DNA from: Coleofasciculus chthonoplastes F2-STO-03
GTDB lineage: Bacteria; Cyanobacteriota; Cyanobacteriia; Cyanobacteriales; Coleofasciculaceae
DNA: 64,000 nt
Reading direction: 5' to 3'
NCBI GenBank assembly: GCA_040222015.1
Contig: JAVJWO010000069.1
Coordinates: 32,001 to 96,000, forward strand
The notes beneath the pieces are model-generated. The model did not search any database. It had not been told where the DNA came from and saw only the letters and a list, made by a program, of their open reading frames with translations. Shown piece after piece: positions 1 through 9,537 of this stretch (positions are counted from its first letter, which is position 1; the number at the start of each line of letters is the position of its first letter). The position numbers and the translations under genes were made by a program.

Positions 1-2844
1 TTCCAGAATTTGACTGTTTTTAGTCCGCAGGCTAAAATCTTGCCATTTTCCGGAAGCATTGAACATAAAATCCAAAACCTGATGGCGCTCCGTTGGATTG
101 GGATAACATTGAGTTAACAAATCAATCGTATCTAGTTCTGCTTTCGACCACCCTAAAACCCGTTCCACTTCTCGGTTCACTAATCGAATATGACCCGTGG
201 CATCATAAAAACAAATCATCACCGGAATATGGTCAAAGATGGTTTGTAGAAGTTCTTTCTGATAGCGGAGTTGATCTTCAGCTTGTTTGCGATCGGTGAT
301 ATCGCGGGTAGAACCCACCATTCGCACCGGATGTCCGGCGTCATCCCAGAGGGCTTGGGCGCGAGAGTGCAGCCACTTGTAGGTTCCATCCTGACAGCGC
401 AAACGATACTCGATCGCGTAATGGGGTATTTTTTGGGCTAGGTAATCTTGTAGACTCTGATTCACCAAGGGAATATCATCGGTATGCAGATGGTTTTGCC
501 ATCCCTGAAAATCCAGTTCAAATTGATCGGTATCGTATTCCAGGATTTCGCGGTAGCGATCAGAAATTAAGGCTTTACCTGTGGTGATATTCCAATCCCA
601 AATCCCATCCTGATTCCCCTGAAGCGCTAATTGCCAACGTTCTTCACTTTCCCGGAGGGCGGCTTCAGCTTGTTTGCGATCGCTAATATCGGTGGCTGTG
701 CCTAAAATTTGCTCCGGCTTCCCCTCTTGGTTCCAGGTAAAGACTGTCTCCCGACTAGACAGCCAGCGCCATTCCCCATTTTTGTGCTTAATTCGATATT
801 CTAAATCAAACACCTGGTCAGTTTGGGCGATTTCCAAGTGCTGAAAATGGTGAAGAATTCCCGGTAAATCATCGGGGTGCATCAGCGTCACCAGAATATC
901 ATCCTCCATCTGGATCACGTCTTCCGGTGTATAGCCAAGTAGGTTCTGGATTTTGCGATTAAAGTAAAGAATCTGCTTATTGATGCGGTCATAAATATAC
1001 AAGATACTGGGATTTGCCTGAGTAATCGCCCGCAGCAACCGTTGGTTTCCTTGCAGGGCTTCTTCAATCTGTTTTCGCTCGCTAATATCTTGCATTTGAG
1101 CAAGAGCATACAACGGGTTACCATGACTATCTCGCACCAGAGAAACGCTCAAGATAATCCAGATACTATGTCCCTGTTTATGAATATATCGCTTTTCTAA
1201 ATGGTAGTAACGAATTTCACCGTTGAGAAGTTGACGGGTATAATCACGTTCCGCTTCTAGATCACTAGGATGGGTGATTTCTGGGCAATTCTTGGCTAAT
1301 AATTCTGCTTCGGAATAGCCAACCATTTCACACAAGTAACGATTCGCTTTCAGGAAATAACCATCGAGGGCGACTAACGCCATCCCACTAGCCGCGTAAT
1401 TAAACGCCTTACGGAAACAGTCTTCACTCTCTCGCAGTTCAGCTTCCATCCGTTTGCGATCGCTAATATCCCGCGCCACCCAGACAACCGAGTGTTCCGC
1501 GATCGGGGAAATACTGGCACTAAACCAAACCTCTTGCCCCTGTAGCCAAAGACAGTAATCTAGAGTCAGCGTTTGTTGAGTTGCGATCGCCTGTTGAATC
1601 GTTTCTACCCATACTGAATCCGTTTCTGTGGGATCTCCTAACAATCGCTGGATTATCTGATCTATAAATGTTCCATCCTCATACAGACAACTTGAAGACG
1701 TGGGAATAACTTCAATCTCTTGAATCTGGTGATCATGAGTATTAATAACCAGGACGATATCCGTCATTGCCTCAAATACAGCCCGGATCTTGGCTTCAGA
1801 GGATTGAAATTTCGCTTGCAGTAATTCACGCTTACTAATTTCCTGTCGCAGTTGCTGATTTAACTGGCGTAATTGATAGGTTTGCTGATCTAACAAATGT
1901 TCTAAGGTATCCACGGTTTGATAGATATCAATGGGATTAATCGTGTTCAGGATCTGCGTCTGAGTAATTAAACCCACCAATTCTCCGGCTTCACTCGACA
2001 CAACTAACCGTCGCACGCGATGCTGCTGCATGAGTTGATGGGCTGTCCAAATCGAGTCAGTCGGTTGAATGAGTAATAAAGGCGTACTCATTACGGTGCT
2101 AACGGGGATGTTCCCCAGATCCAATCCCAAGTTGCCAAACTGGACAATATCTCGTTCGGTGACAATACCCACTGGGCGAAGCAAGTTTTGATTGTGTAGG
2201 GGCGGGTTTAGGGAATTTGGTTGCGCTATTGATGGTAACGTTTCTGCAAAACCCGCCCTGACTGAATTTTGCGTTGAAACAGGGAACTCAGCCTCCTCAA
2301 CAATCACCACACAACTGACTCGCTGTGCATTCATCACTTGTGCCAATTCCAGAATAGAAATGTCCATGGCGTGAATCACACGGGTAGCCATCACCTCAGA
2401 GACTTTTTTGTGGTTAAGTAAATCAACGGGTTGGAGAACATGGCGAATCGTTTGCGGGGTGATTACACCGATTAAATTTCCCGTCTCTCCCACCACCGGA
2501 AGATGACGAATTTTATATTGACGCAATCGATTAATCACGGTAACAATATTTTGGGCTTCAGTTTCGGTGATCGTCATCACTGAAGTCGTCATTACCGACG
2601 CTAGAGATAAGGTTCGCCAGTCAACACCGGAAGCAATTAGTTGTACGGTATCTCGTTCCGTAAAAATACCTACAACCGGATTATTCGGTTGATGATTTGC
2701 TAGTACAAGTAGACAACTGCTGTGAGTCTGAGTCATCCGCGCCAAAGCCTCCTCCACCGAGATATCGGGTGTCGCGGTGAGAGGATAGCGATTGATCGCT
2801 AAACCATTGTTATGATTCAGTTTAAAAGCAGTAGCAATGCTCAT
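1..2844 (-). CDS. CBS-domain + multi-PAS sensor protein (probably His kinase or diguanylate cyclase); 3' part runs off the window
   Basis: Not in the ORF track because it has no stop in the window. Manual translation from ATG 2844 gives MSIATAFKLNHNNG..., CBS motifs VGIFTERD / IRHLPVV / VGIVTERD, then PAS/PAC repeats (SEERWQLALQGNQDGIWDW, HPDD, EYRLR). Confidence 0.9.
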   Translation of the reverse strand, partial: MSIATAFKLNHNNGLAINRYPLTATPDISVEEALARMTQTHSSCLLVLANHQPNNPVVGIFTERDTVQLIASGVDWRTLSLASVMTTSVMTITETEAQNIVTVINRLRQYKIRHLPVVGETGNLIGVITPQTIRHVLQPVDLLNHKKVSEVMATRVIHAMDISILELAQVMNAQRVSCVVIVEEAEFPVSTQNSVRAGFAETLPSIAQPNSLNPPLHNQNLLRPVGIVTERDIVQFGNLGLDLGNIPVSTVMSTPLLLIQPTDSIWTAHQLMQQHRVRRLVVSSEAGELVGLITQTQILNTINPIDIYQTVDTLEHLLDQQTYQLRQLNQQLRQEISKRELLQAKFQSSEAKIRAVFEAMTDIVLVINTHDHQIQEIEVIPTSSSCLYEDGTFIDQIIQRLLGDPTETDSVWVETIQQAIATQQTLTLDYCLWLQGQEVWFSASISPIAEHSVVWVARDISDRKRMEAELRESEDCFRKAFNYAASGMALVALDGYFLKANRYLCEMVGYSEAELLAKNCPEITHPSDLEAERDYTRQLLNGEIRYYHLEKRYIHKQGHSIWIILSVSLVRDSHGNPLYALAQMQDISERKQIEEALQGNQRLLRAITQANPSILYIYDRINKQILYFNRKIQNLLGYTPEDVIQMEDDILVTLMHPDDLPGILHHFQHLEIAQTDQVFDLEYRIKHKNGEWRWLSSRETVFTWNQEGKPEQILGTATDISDRKQAEAALRESEERWQLALQGNQDGIWDWNITTGKALISDRYREILEYDTDQFELDFQGWQNHLHTDDIPLVNQSLQDYLAQKIPHYAIEYRLRCQDGTYKWLHSRAQALWDDAGHPVRMVGSTRDITDRKQAEDQLRYQKELLQTIFDHIPVMICFYDATGHIRLVNREVERVLGWSKAELDTIDLLTQCYPNPTERHQVLDFMFNASGKWQDFSLRTKNSQILE
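2196..2259. repeat. GTAG-type REP doublet (GTAGGGGCGGGTTT...AAACCCGCCC), here in frame inside the CBS gene
   Basis: Same inverted arms recur at about 4390-4452, 32324-32383, 38673-38735, 40897-40958, 42726-42800, 46931-46994, 48067-48224 and 59169-59304. Confidence 0.85.
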
Positions 2845-3085
2845 GGAGAAGCGCTCCTGAAACCAACGGTTTTTCTGTCTTCCTATTTAATTCAAGATTT
2901 CTAGACTTGTTTCAGGGTTTTATCTAATTTTTTCTTTCGATACTTCATACTGGCTGGCTGGGGCGATGATTTTTTTCTGCGATCGCCACGAAATGACTTA
3001 GGATTAAACCTGTCAAGTCCAATGAGTAAACCTTAAGTATAGACGACTTTTGGGGATATCTCTATTTTTTGGTCAGAGAAATACT

Positions 3086-4294
3086 ATGGAACGCTTAATT
3101 TCTGCCTTAGGGCTGCTGGTATTCATCGGCTTAGGTTACGTTTTATCCGTCAATCGGCGGGCGATTCGCTGGCAACCTGTATTATGGGGTATTGCCTTGC
3201 AGTTAATTCTGGCGGTGTTAATTCTCAGGACAGCACCAGGGTTGGTTGTCTTTAAGTTTTTAGGGCAGTTAGTGACTCAGTTTCTGGATTTCTCTGATGC
3301 TGGGGCAAAGTTTGTCTTGGGTGAAAATTTAGAGGAACGTTTCATTGCGTTCAAAGTCTTACCGACGATTATCTTTTTCTCGTCTTTCATCACGATTCTT
3401 TATCACTATAAAATTTTGCCGCAGGTGGTTAAGGCAGTCGCTTGGGTAATGTTCAAAACCTTGAAAACATCGGGCGCAGAAACCCTGAGTGCAGCAGCGA
3501 ATATCTTTGTCGGTTCAACGGAAGCCCCGCTATTAGTCAAACCGTATGTATCCACAATGACGCTTTCTGAGTTGCACGCGGTAATGACAGGAGGATTTGC
3601 CACCGTAGCTGGGGGTGTCTTGGCGGCTTATATTTCCTTTGGAATTCCCGCCGAACACCTCATCGCTGCTTCGGTGATGTCTGCACCAGCCGCTTTAGCC
3701 ATTTCTAAACTCTTGTATCCGGAAACAGAATACTCGAAAACCGCCGGTAAAATTACCCTGGAGGTAAAGCCGACAACGGTTAATGGGATTGATGCGGCGG
3801 CGACAGGGGCGCTGGATGGGTTGAAATTAGCCGCCAATGTAGCGGCGATGTTGATTGCATTCTTGGGACTGTTAGCTATGGTGAACGGTATTCTGGGGTG
3901 GTTGGGTGGATTAGTGGGATTACCACAGCTCACGCTAGAATCAATTTTAGCGATTATTTTGGCTCCCGTGGCGTGGTTGATGGGCGTTCCTTGGTCAGAC
4001 TGTGGTCAGGTAGCGGTTTTGTTAGGAAAAAAGACGATTTTGAGTGAGTTTATTGCTTATCTGGATCTTAAAGCATTGATTGAACAATCTCAGTTATCAG
4101 AACGGTCGATTATTATTGCTACTTACGCTTTGTGTGGCTTTTCCAATATCGGTTCAATTGGAATTCAACTGGGTGGAATTGGCGGAATCGCACCGAATCG
4201 GCAACCTGATTTAGCAAGATTAGGGGTGAGAGCTTTAATTGGGGGAACACTCGCTTGTTTTATGACCGCTTGTATTGCTGGAATGTTACTCTAG
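3086..4294 (+). CDS. NupC/CNT family concentrative nucleoside transporter
   Basis: Motifs FKVLPTIIFFSS, SGAETLSAAANIFVG, MTGGFATVAGGV, YALCGFSN. Likely start is ATG 3086. Confidence 0.92.
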   Translation: MERLISALGLLVFIGLGYVLSVNRRAIRWQPVLWGIALQLILAVLILRTAPGLVVFKFLGQLVTQFLDFSDAGAKFVLGENLEERFIAFKVLPTIIFFSSFITILYHYKILPQVVKAVAWVMFKTLKTSGAETLSAAANIFVGSTEAPLLVKPYVSTMTLSELHAVMTGGFATVAGGVLAAYISFGIPAEHLIAASVMSAPAALAISKLLYPETEYSKTAGKITLEVKPTTVNGIDAAATGALDGLKLAANVAAMLIAFLGLLAMVNGILGWLGGLVGLPQLTLESILAIILAPVAWLMGVPWSDCGQVAVLLGKKTILSEFIAYLDLKALIEQSQLSERSIIIATYALCGFSNIGSIGIQLGGIGGIAPNRQPDLARLGVRALIGGTLACFMTACIAGMLL

Positions 4295-4389
4295 AAACTA
4301 GAAAATAACCTGGCACGTCTTTCCTTAAAACCTGCCCTACCCACCAATAATTGAATAAGCCACTGTAGGGGCGGATTTAGAGAAAATTT

Positions 4390-4452
4390 GTAGGGGCGGG
4401 TTTAGGGACTAAATTCGGATATTCACCGATAAATGAACAACAAAACCCGCCC
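4390..4452. repeat. REP doublet copy (intergenic, with partial copies at 4327-4380)
   Basis: GTAGGGGCGGGTTT...AAAACCCGCCC. Confidence 0.8.
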
Positions 4453-4488
4453 TCCTCACCGATAATTGAACAAAACGATTTAACAGCT

Positions 4489-4836
4489 ATGTCTAAACGC
4501 AAATCCTCTAACTCCTCCCAAAAGCGCGTAGCTTACCAAGAATTTGGTAGTAATTCTGCGGCTACGGAACGGGCGGTTCAAGAACTTCCGCCCAATCAGC
4601 AAAACTTGCGCGTTCAAGCCTCTCGCAAGGGGCGCAAGGGGAAAACTGTTACGGTGATTAGTGGTTTTCAATGTAAGCCAGATACCTTAACTCAACTTCT
4701 CAAACAGCTTAAAACTAAATGTGGTAGTGGTGGTACGGTTAAAGATGATACCTTAGAAATTCAAGGGGATCATGCTCAAAAAATGCTGGAAATTTTGACG
4801 CAGTTGGGGTATAAAGCCAAAATTAGTGGCGGTTAG
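4489..4836 (+). CDS. yciH: SUI1/eIF1-like translation initiation factor
   Basis: RKGRKGKTVTVISG, LKTKCGSGGTVKD, EIQGDH. Confidence 0.92.
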   Translation: MSKRKSSNSSQKRVAYQEFGSNSAATERAVQELPPNQQNLRVQASRKGRKGKTVTVISGFQCKPDTLTQLLKQLKTKCGSGGTVKDDTLEIQGDHAQKMLEILTQLGYKAKISGG

Positions 4837-4942
4837 CGCCTTTTGAAAAATGTTGTAGTCAGTGTATCTAATTCGGTGTGGGCGCAAGCCTTGCGCCCCT
4901 ACATTTGCTATACTATGGAAAACCTTTTATAACAAAACTACG

Positions 4943-5509
4943 ATGATTGCTTCTCCTCGACATCCTTATCTTACACCTGACCAATACCTGAAAATGGAGG
5001 AACAGAGTCCGATAAAACATGAATATATTGATGGGCAAATCTATGCTATGGCGGGAGCAAGTGACCCTCATGTTACGATTGCTGGAAACCTTTTTGCTCT
5101 ACTCCGTAGTCATGTTCGAGGTTCGGGTTGTCGAGTCTATATTTCCGATATGAAAGCCCGCATAGAATCGTTAAATCGGTTCTATTATCCTGATGTTATG
5201 GTCACTTGTGACCCACTGGATCAAGAAACCTCGACTTATAAACGATTTCCGACTCTGATTGTCGAAGTTTTATCGGATTCGACTGAAGCGTTTGACCGAG
5301 GTGATAAATTTGCTGACTATCAGGAATTGGAAAGTCTCCGTGAATATGTATTAATTAATACCAAACGGCAACGAGTTGATTGCTTCCGCCGCAATGATGA
5401 AGGGCTATGGGTGTTGCAGTTTTATACTCCTATACAGCAAGAATTTAAACTCGAAAGTATTGGTTTTACAGGAGAGTTGGTAGCGCTTTATGAAGATGTA
5501 GATTTTTAA
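4943..5509 (+). CDS. Uma2 (DUF820) family endonuclease
   Basis: KHEYIDGQIYAMAG, YYPDVMV, LIVEVLSDST..DRGDKF. The extension from 4862 is repeat-derived. Confidence 0.9.
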   Translation: MIASPRHPYLTPDQYLKMEEQSPIKHEYIDGQIYAMAGASDPHVTIAGNLFALLRSHVRGSGCRVYISDMKARIESLNRFYYPDVMVTCDPLDQETSTYKRFPTLIVEVLSDSTEAFDRGDKFADYQELESLREYVLINTKRQRVDCFRRNDEGLWVLQFYTPIQQEFKLESIGFTGELVALYEDVDF

Positions 5510-5579
5510 TGGAAATTTTAGTGTTGGGTAAGTCAGATTATTACTATACATTTCTATTTTCAACACAGCTTAACTACGA

Positions 5580-6383
5580 TTAGTAATTCTTGATAAATAA
5601 CTCACTCCCTTTTGCTGCACTCTTTTTTTTATAATTATTCATACCGTACTGGAGTTTCCATTCGACTATTTCCGCAAAACTGAATAGTTTCCTAATTTCA
5701 GGTGAGTCATCATAGGTGATTAACCATCTATAATTGCACTTTTGCATAATATTAGCAAATCGCTGATGATCAAACGAAGTATGTAAATTACCTCTAACAC
5801 CATATAACTTAGACTTTTGTGCTTGATAGTAAGGCGGATCAAGAAATATAAATACATTTTCACCGTCTTGAAAAATTAACTTTTCATAATCTCCATGGGT
5901 AATCGTTACGGATGAAAGAAATGGGGCTACATTAATTAGTCTATCTATAGAAGACTCTGTGAATCTCTGTTCAAAAGCTTTTTGAGAATATCCTCCTGAA
6001 TCTACTGTTCCTGAAAAGGTAATTCTATTCAATATGAAAAATCTAGAAGCCAATTCTAGCTCAGATAGATGAGTTTTTTTTGCTTTCAATAAGTTGTACA
6101 ATTCTCTACCATTTGGATAGATGTATCGAAGCTCTTTTATATTTTTTACAAGTTCTTCGTTATTGATTTTTGCCATCTTCCAGAAGCAGTATAAATCATG
6201 ATTTAAATCATTGATCCAATAACGTATAGGAAATAATATCCTACTATTTTCTAAGCCTAGGAATACAGAACCTCCTCCGACAAATGGTTCTCTAAATTCT
6301 TGAATGTCCCAAGGTATATGCGGTAATATTTGATCCAATGCCTTGGACTTGCCGCCGGGATATCGTAGGGGACTTTTGCTCAT
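5580..6383 (-). CDS. Dam/D12-class N6-adenine DNA methyltransferase
   Basis: SPLRYPGGKS, EPFVGGGSV, IND and DPPY motifs. Confidence 0.92.
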   Translation of the reverse strand: MSKSPLRYPGGKSKALDQILPHIPWDIQEFREPFVGGGSVFLGLENSRILFPIRYWINDLNHDLYCFWKMAKINNEELVKNIKELRYIYPNGRELYNLLKAKKTHLSELELASRFFILNRITFSGTVDSGGYSQKAFEQRFTESSIDRLINVAPFLSSVTITHGDYEKLIFQDGENVFIFLDPPYYQAQKSKLYGVRGNLHTSFDHQRFANIMQKCNYRWLITYDDSPEIRKLFSFAEIVEWKLQYGMNNYKKKSAAKGSELFIKNY

Positions 6384-6384
6384 T

Positions 6385-7512
6385 TTAATTTGCCGAGGTT
6401 ATTAATATGGACAGCTTATGATTTACAGTACACTCTTGAGCAAGTGTCATAATAGTCTGTGACTGTATACGACTAAATCGATTTCTTTTACAAAATTCTC
6501 CGATGAGAGCATCATCTGCTGGCAGTGATAAAGAACCAACTATCTGTCCTGTTATTTTGAGGCAGACGATAAAGCTGATTTCGCATTCGTCAAGTAATAG
6601 TCTTTCTAGATTAGCGAACAGTATTAGTTTAAATAATCCATCTTTAATGTCAGCTTTTGCTGGAAATTTTCGGCTAGTATTTTTTGATTCTTGTAGAATG
6701 TAAGTATCGTATTCTTGGTAAACTTCATCAACGGTGAGGTAGTACTCTCCTCCTAAATAATTAGAAATTTCAAATATTCCCTTGTCTCCGTCTGCCAAAT
6801 ATTCTAACGCATGACTTGTAATAACTTCTCGTTGAGCGGCTTTTAGAGAATTCGGTAAAGTATATTGTTTAAAATTTTCTAAACTAAAATAATTGTTTAC
6901 ATTAAACTGTTCGAGAACATTCAGTTGAAGAGCTCTAGGATGGACTGCAACGCCCTGATGTTGAGAAATAGTTTGATAACTATCTACTGCACGTCTATAT
7001 ACCTTGTTAAACTCTTGTTGGAAATGGGTCGTGTTCCAGTGTAAAGCAGTTAACTGATAGTTGGCTATTTCTTGAATTTTTTCTTTAACGTAATCAGGAT
7101 TGAATTGTTGCTTTGTCAACTTGGCTGAGTTTCCCTTAAGCATTTCTGCTTTTTCATACCAAGCTAATATTATGTATACATTCATTAAGCTCATCCAAGA
7201 AAAGGTGATAAAGTTGATTCGATCATTATCACCTGCCAAGCCCTCATCCTTAATAATTGGAATAATCGTAACTTTTTTGGTATTTAAATAATAAGTATTG
7301 TATATTCTAGCAAAAGGATAAGAGCGAGTTCTTTTCGGTGAAACCCACTTGGAGAATGCCAAGGTATTTTCGGGACTGTCTAATTCAATTATTCCACAGG
7401 CACTTGAGGTATTAATATCAAATGAATTTAGAGGATAAACTTTTAATTTAGAACGTAACTGAGGATTATAGCGAATATCTCTAATAAATCCCTTGAAAAA
7501 TAATGATGTCAT
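6385..7512 (-). CDS. Putative type II restriction endonuclease (PD-(D/E)xK-like)
   Basis: Lies 1 bp upstream of the MTase on the same strand, visibly AT-rich, candidate catalytic motif TVDEV...LQESK. Confidence 0.6.
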   Translation of the reverse strand: MTSLFFKGFIRDIRYNPQLRSKLKVYPLNSFDINTSSACGIIELDSPENTLAFSKWVSPKRTRSYPFARIYNTYYLNTKKVTIIPIIKDEGLAGDNDRINFITFSWMSLMNVYIILAWYEKAEMLKGNSAKLTKQQFNPDYVKEKIQEIANYQLTALHWNTTHFQQEFNKVYRRAVDSYQTISQHQGVAVHPRALQLNVLEQFNVNNYFSLENFKQYTLPNSLKAAQREVITSHALEYLADGDKGIFEISNYLGGEYYLTVDEVYQEYDTYILQESKNTSRKFPAKADIKDGLFKLILFANLERLLLDECEISFIVCLKITGQIVGSLSLPADDALIGEFCKRNRFSRIQSQTIMTLAQECTVNHKLSILITSAN

Positions 7513-7596
7513 AATTAAAGTAAATGTCGCTTAATTGAGCGTTTATAGTGAGTGTTTTAACGATGAGGGCGAAGACAGCGCAACGACGAACCTAGT

Positions 7597-9312
7597 TTAA
7601 AAGCCTAAATCGGCTTTGGCAGAATCGGCGGCGGCAAAAACTTCTTCATCTGACTTTTCATCCCAAGAGGGTTCGCCAATTTCTGTGTAGAATGTTTGAT
7701 CGTAGGGACGAGTTCGCACCACAACGGGCATGGGTACGGCATGTCCTAAAATTAATGCTTGTTGTTTGGAGTCTAGCTTGGCTAAAACCGATCGCAAACT
7801 TTGTCCCCCAGAAACTCCGGTGAAGATCGCCTCGATGTCTTTGTCATCATTCAGTAAACAGGTAATCCGGGTGCCAACCTGGGACATAACCTCATTATCA
7901 ATCCCCGATGGACGCTGATCGACAATCAGTAATGTAACGAAATATTTCCGCATCTCCCGGGCGATAATGCCAAAGATGGTTTGACGTACTGTGGCTGAAT
8001 CCATGAAACGGTGGGCTTCTTCAATCGTAATCACCAATGGGCGTGGGCGATCGCAGGGATTTTTGCTTTGCAGAAACTTCTCCGCCTTCCGCACATATTT
8101 ACCATGAATGCGGCGTGTCATCACATTCGTTGCCAACATATAGGACAACATATTCGATTGCGAACCAAACTCTACCACCACATGCTTCCCCGCATCTAAG
8201 GATTGTAAAATCTGGTCAATATAATTTTGAGGACAAGCACTTCGTATGTACTTTAACTCATCTAAACGCAGTAACTTGCGCTGTAATGCCATAATTGAGG
8301 ACTTATTTCCCCGCTTCTCATCGCAAAATATCTGAATATCTTCATTCGTCATATTCAGGAGTTGCGTAATCCAGGTTTTGCCAAACTCGTTGCGAAGAAT
8401 AATCGCATTTTCCAGACTCGCTTCAGATAGGTTTAACTCGCCTCGCACTAGGGAGATATCTTCGACTTCAATTTGATCGAAACCAAGATACAATTCCTGG
8501 GCGTCTCGAATCCCTCGGCGTTGGGTGGATTCGGGGTCAAGAGTGTACACTTGGACTTGATTGGGAAACAGTTGGCGTAATCCTTTGACGGTACTAAATT
8601 GTTTTCCCTCCGATACCGCTTCCCATCCATATTCGGAGTGCATATCGAAGATTAAATTAACCGCCGCTTGCTTGCGAATAATCCCGGATAATAATACGCG
8701 AGTCAGAAAGGATTTCCCGGTTCCCGATTTGCCAAACACGCCATTACTGCGTTCTACAAACCGATCCAGGTCTAAGCATATTGGCACCTCCATGTCAAGG
8801 GGTTGCCCCACAGAAAAATTCCGTCGATGGGGATCATCTTCCCAGCCAAAAACCGCCCGGAAATCCCGTTCACTGGCATCATAGACTTGGGAGAAATGAC
8901 TGGGAATTGTTTTCACCGGAAGTAATTCATCGTCACTGCTACTTTGAGGTTGAAATGACGCTAAAGGACTTTTGCCATTCAGGTTCAGGTTGGGTGTCTC
9001 CCGTTTTCCCTGGGTTGGCGTAAACATCAGCATCGGGGTTAAATTCACCGTCCCAAATGTGCCACTTCCGGCGAGAACCTCACGCAAAAAGTCATCATCG
9101 GGATGGGGGGGATTCGCCCAAATCCGCTGACTAGAGGTTCCTAGCGCCACATCCGTCAGCATACAGAAAAAGCGCGATCGCACCCCTTGAACCACCAGAA
9201 ACTTACCCACGCGCATATCTTCCACGGAGACATCCGCATTTAATCGCACTTCCAATCCGCCGGAAAGAGAACCTTGAATGACTGAACCTAAGGGTTTATC
9301 TACATCCATCAC
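7597..9312 (-). CDS. HerA-like (DUF87) ATPase with N-terminal HAS-barrel
   Basis: Walker A GKSGTGKS, IFDMHSEY, Walker B IEEAHRF, AREMRKY, DQRPS. Confidence 0.88.
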   Translation of the reverse strand: MMDVDKPLGSVIQGSLSGGLEVRLNADVSVEDMRVGKFLVVQGVRSRFFCMLTDVALGTSSQRIWANPPHPDDDFLREVLAGSGTFGTVNLTPMLMFTPTQGKRETPNLNLNGKSPLASFQPQSSSDDELLPVKTIPSHFSQVYDASERDFRAVFGWEDDPHRRNFSVGQPLDMEVPICLDLDRFVERSNGVFGKSGTGKSFLTRVLLSGIIRKQAAVNLIFDMHSEYGWEAVSEGKQFSTVKGLRQLFPNQVQVYTLDPESTQRRGIRDAQELYLGFDQIEVEDISLVRGELNLSEASLENAIILRNEFGKTWITQLLNMTNEDIQIFCDEKRGNKSSIMALQRKLLRLDELKYIRSACPQNYIDQILQSLDAGKHVVVEFGSQSNMLSYMLATNVMTRRIHGKYVRKAEKFLQSKNPCDRPRPLVITIEEAHRFMDSATVRQTIFGIIAREMRKYFVTLLIVDQRPSGIDNEVMSQVGTRITCLLNDDKDIEAIFTGVSGGQSLRSVLAKLDSKQQALILGHAVPMPVVVRTRPYDQTFYTEIGEPSWDEKSDEEVFAAADSAKADLGF

Positions 9313-9537
9313 TGCTAGGGTTTGAACGAAGCCAAGCCTATCTTATCGTTCTCTTCTGGGTTATTGGGCATTTTGCCTCGATTCAAGTGTTCAATTAGCC
9401 ATTGATGAGGGCTTAATTGTTGGCTTCACCCTCATTGCCAAGTGCTAGATTATCTACTCATTCCCTAATTAAAACAAATCTAATGAATCAGTAATATTTG
9501 TGATCGATTGGGAAAATCAGCGCTGATAAAATTCCCA

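Noticed and set aside
93..2374. Short ORFs 93-299, 915-1124 and 2192-2374
   Set aside because: They are shadows of the long minus-strand CBS-PAS gene that the track omits.
5580..9312. HerA + nuclease + MTase as a three-gene defence system
   Set aside because: The HerA-like gene has host-like composition with HIP1 sites and is separated from the AT-rich pair by a REP. Adjacency is more simply explained by R-M insertion. A synteny check could revive this.
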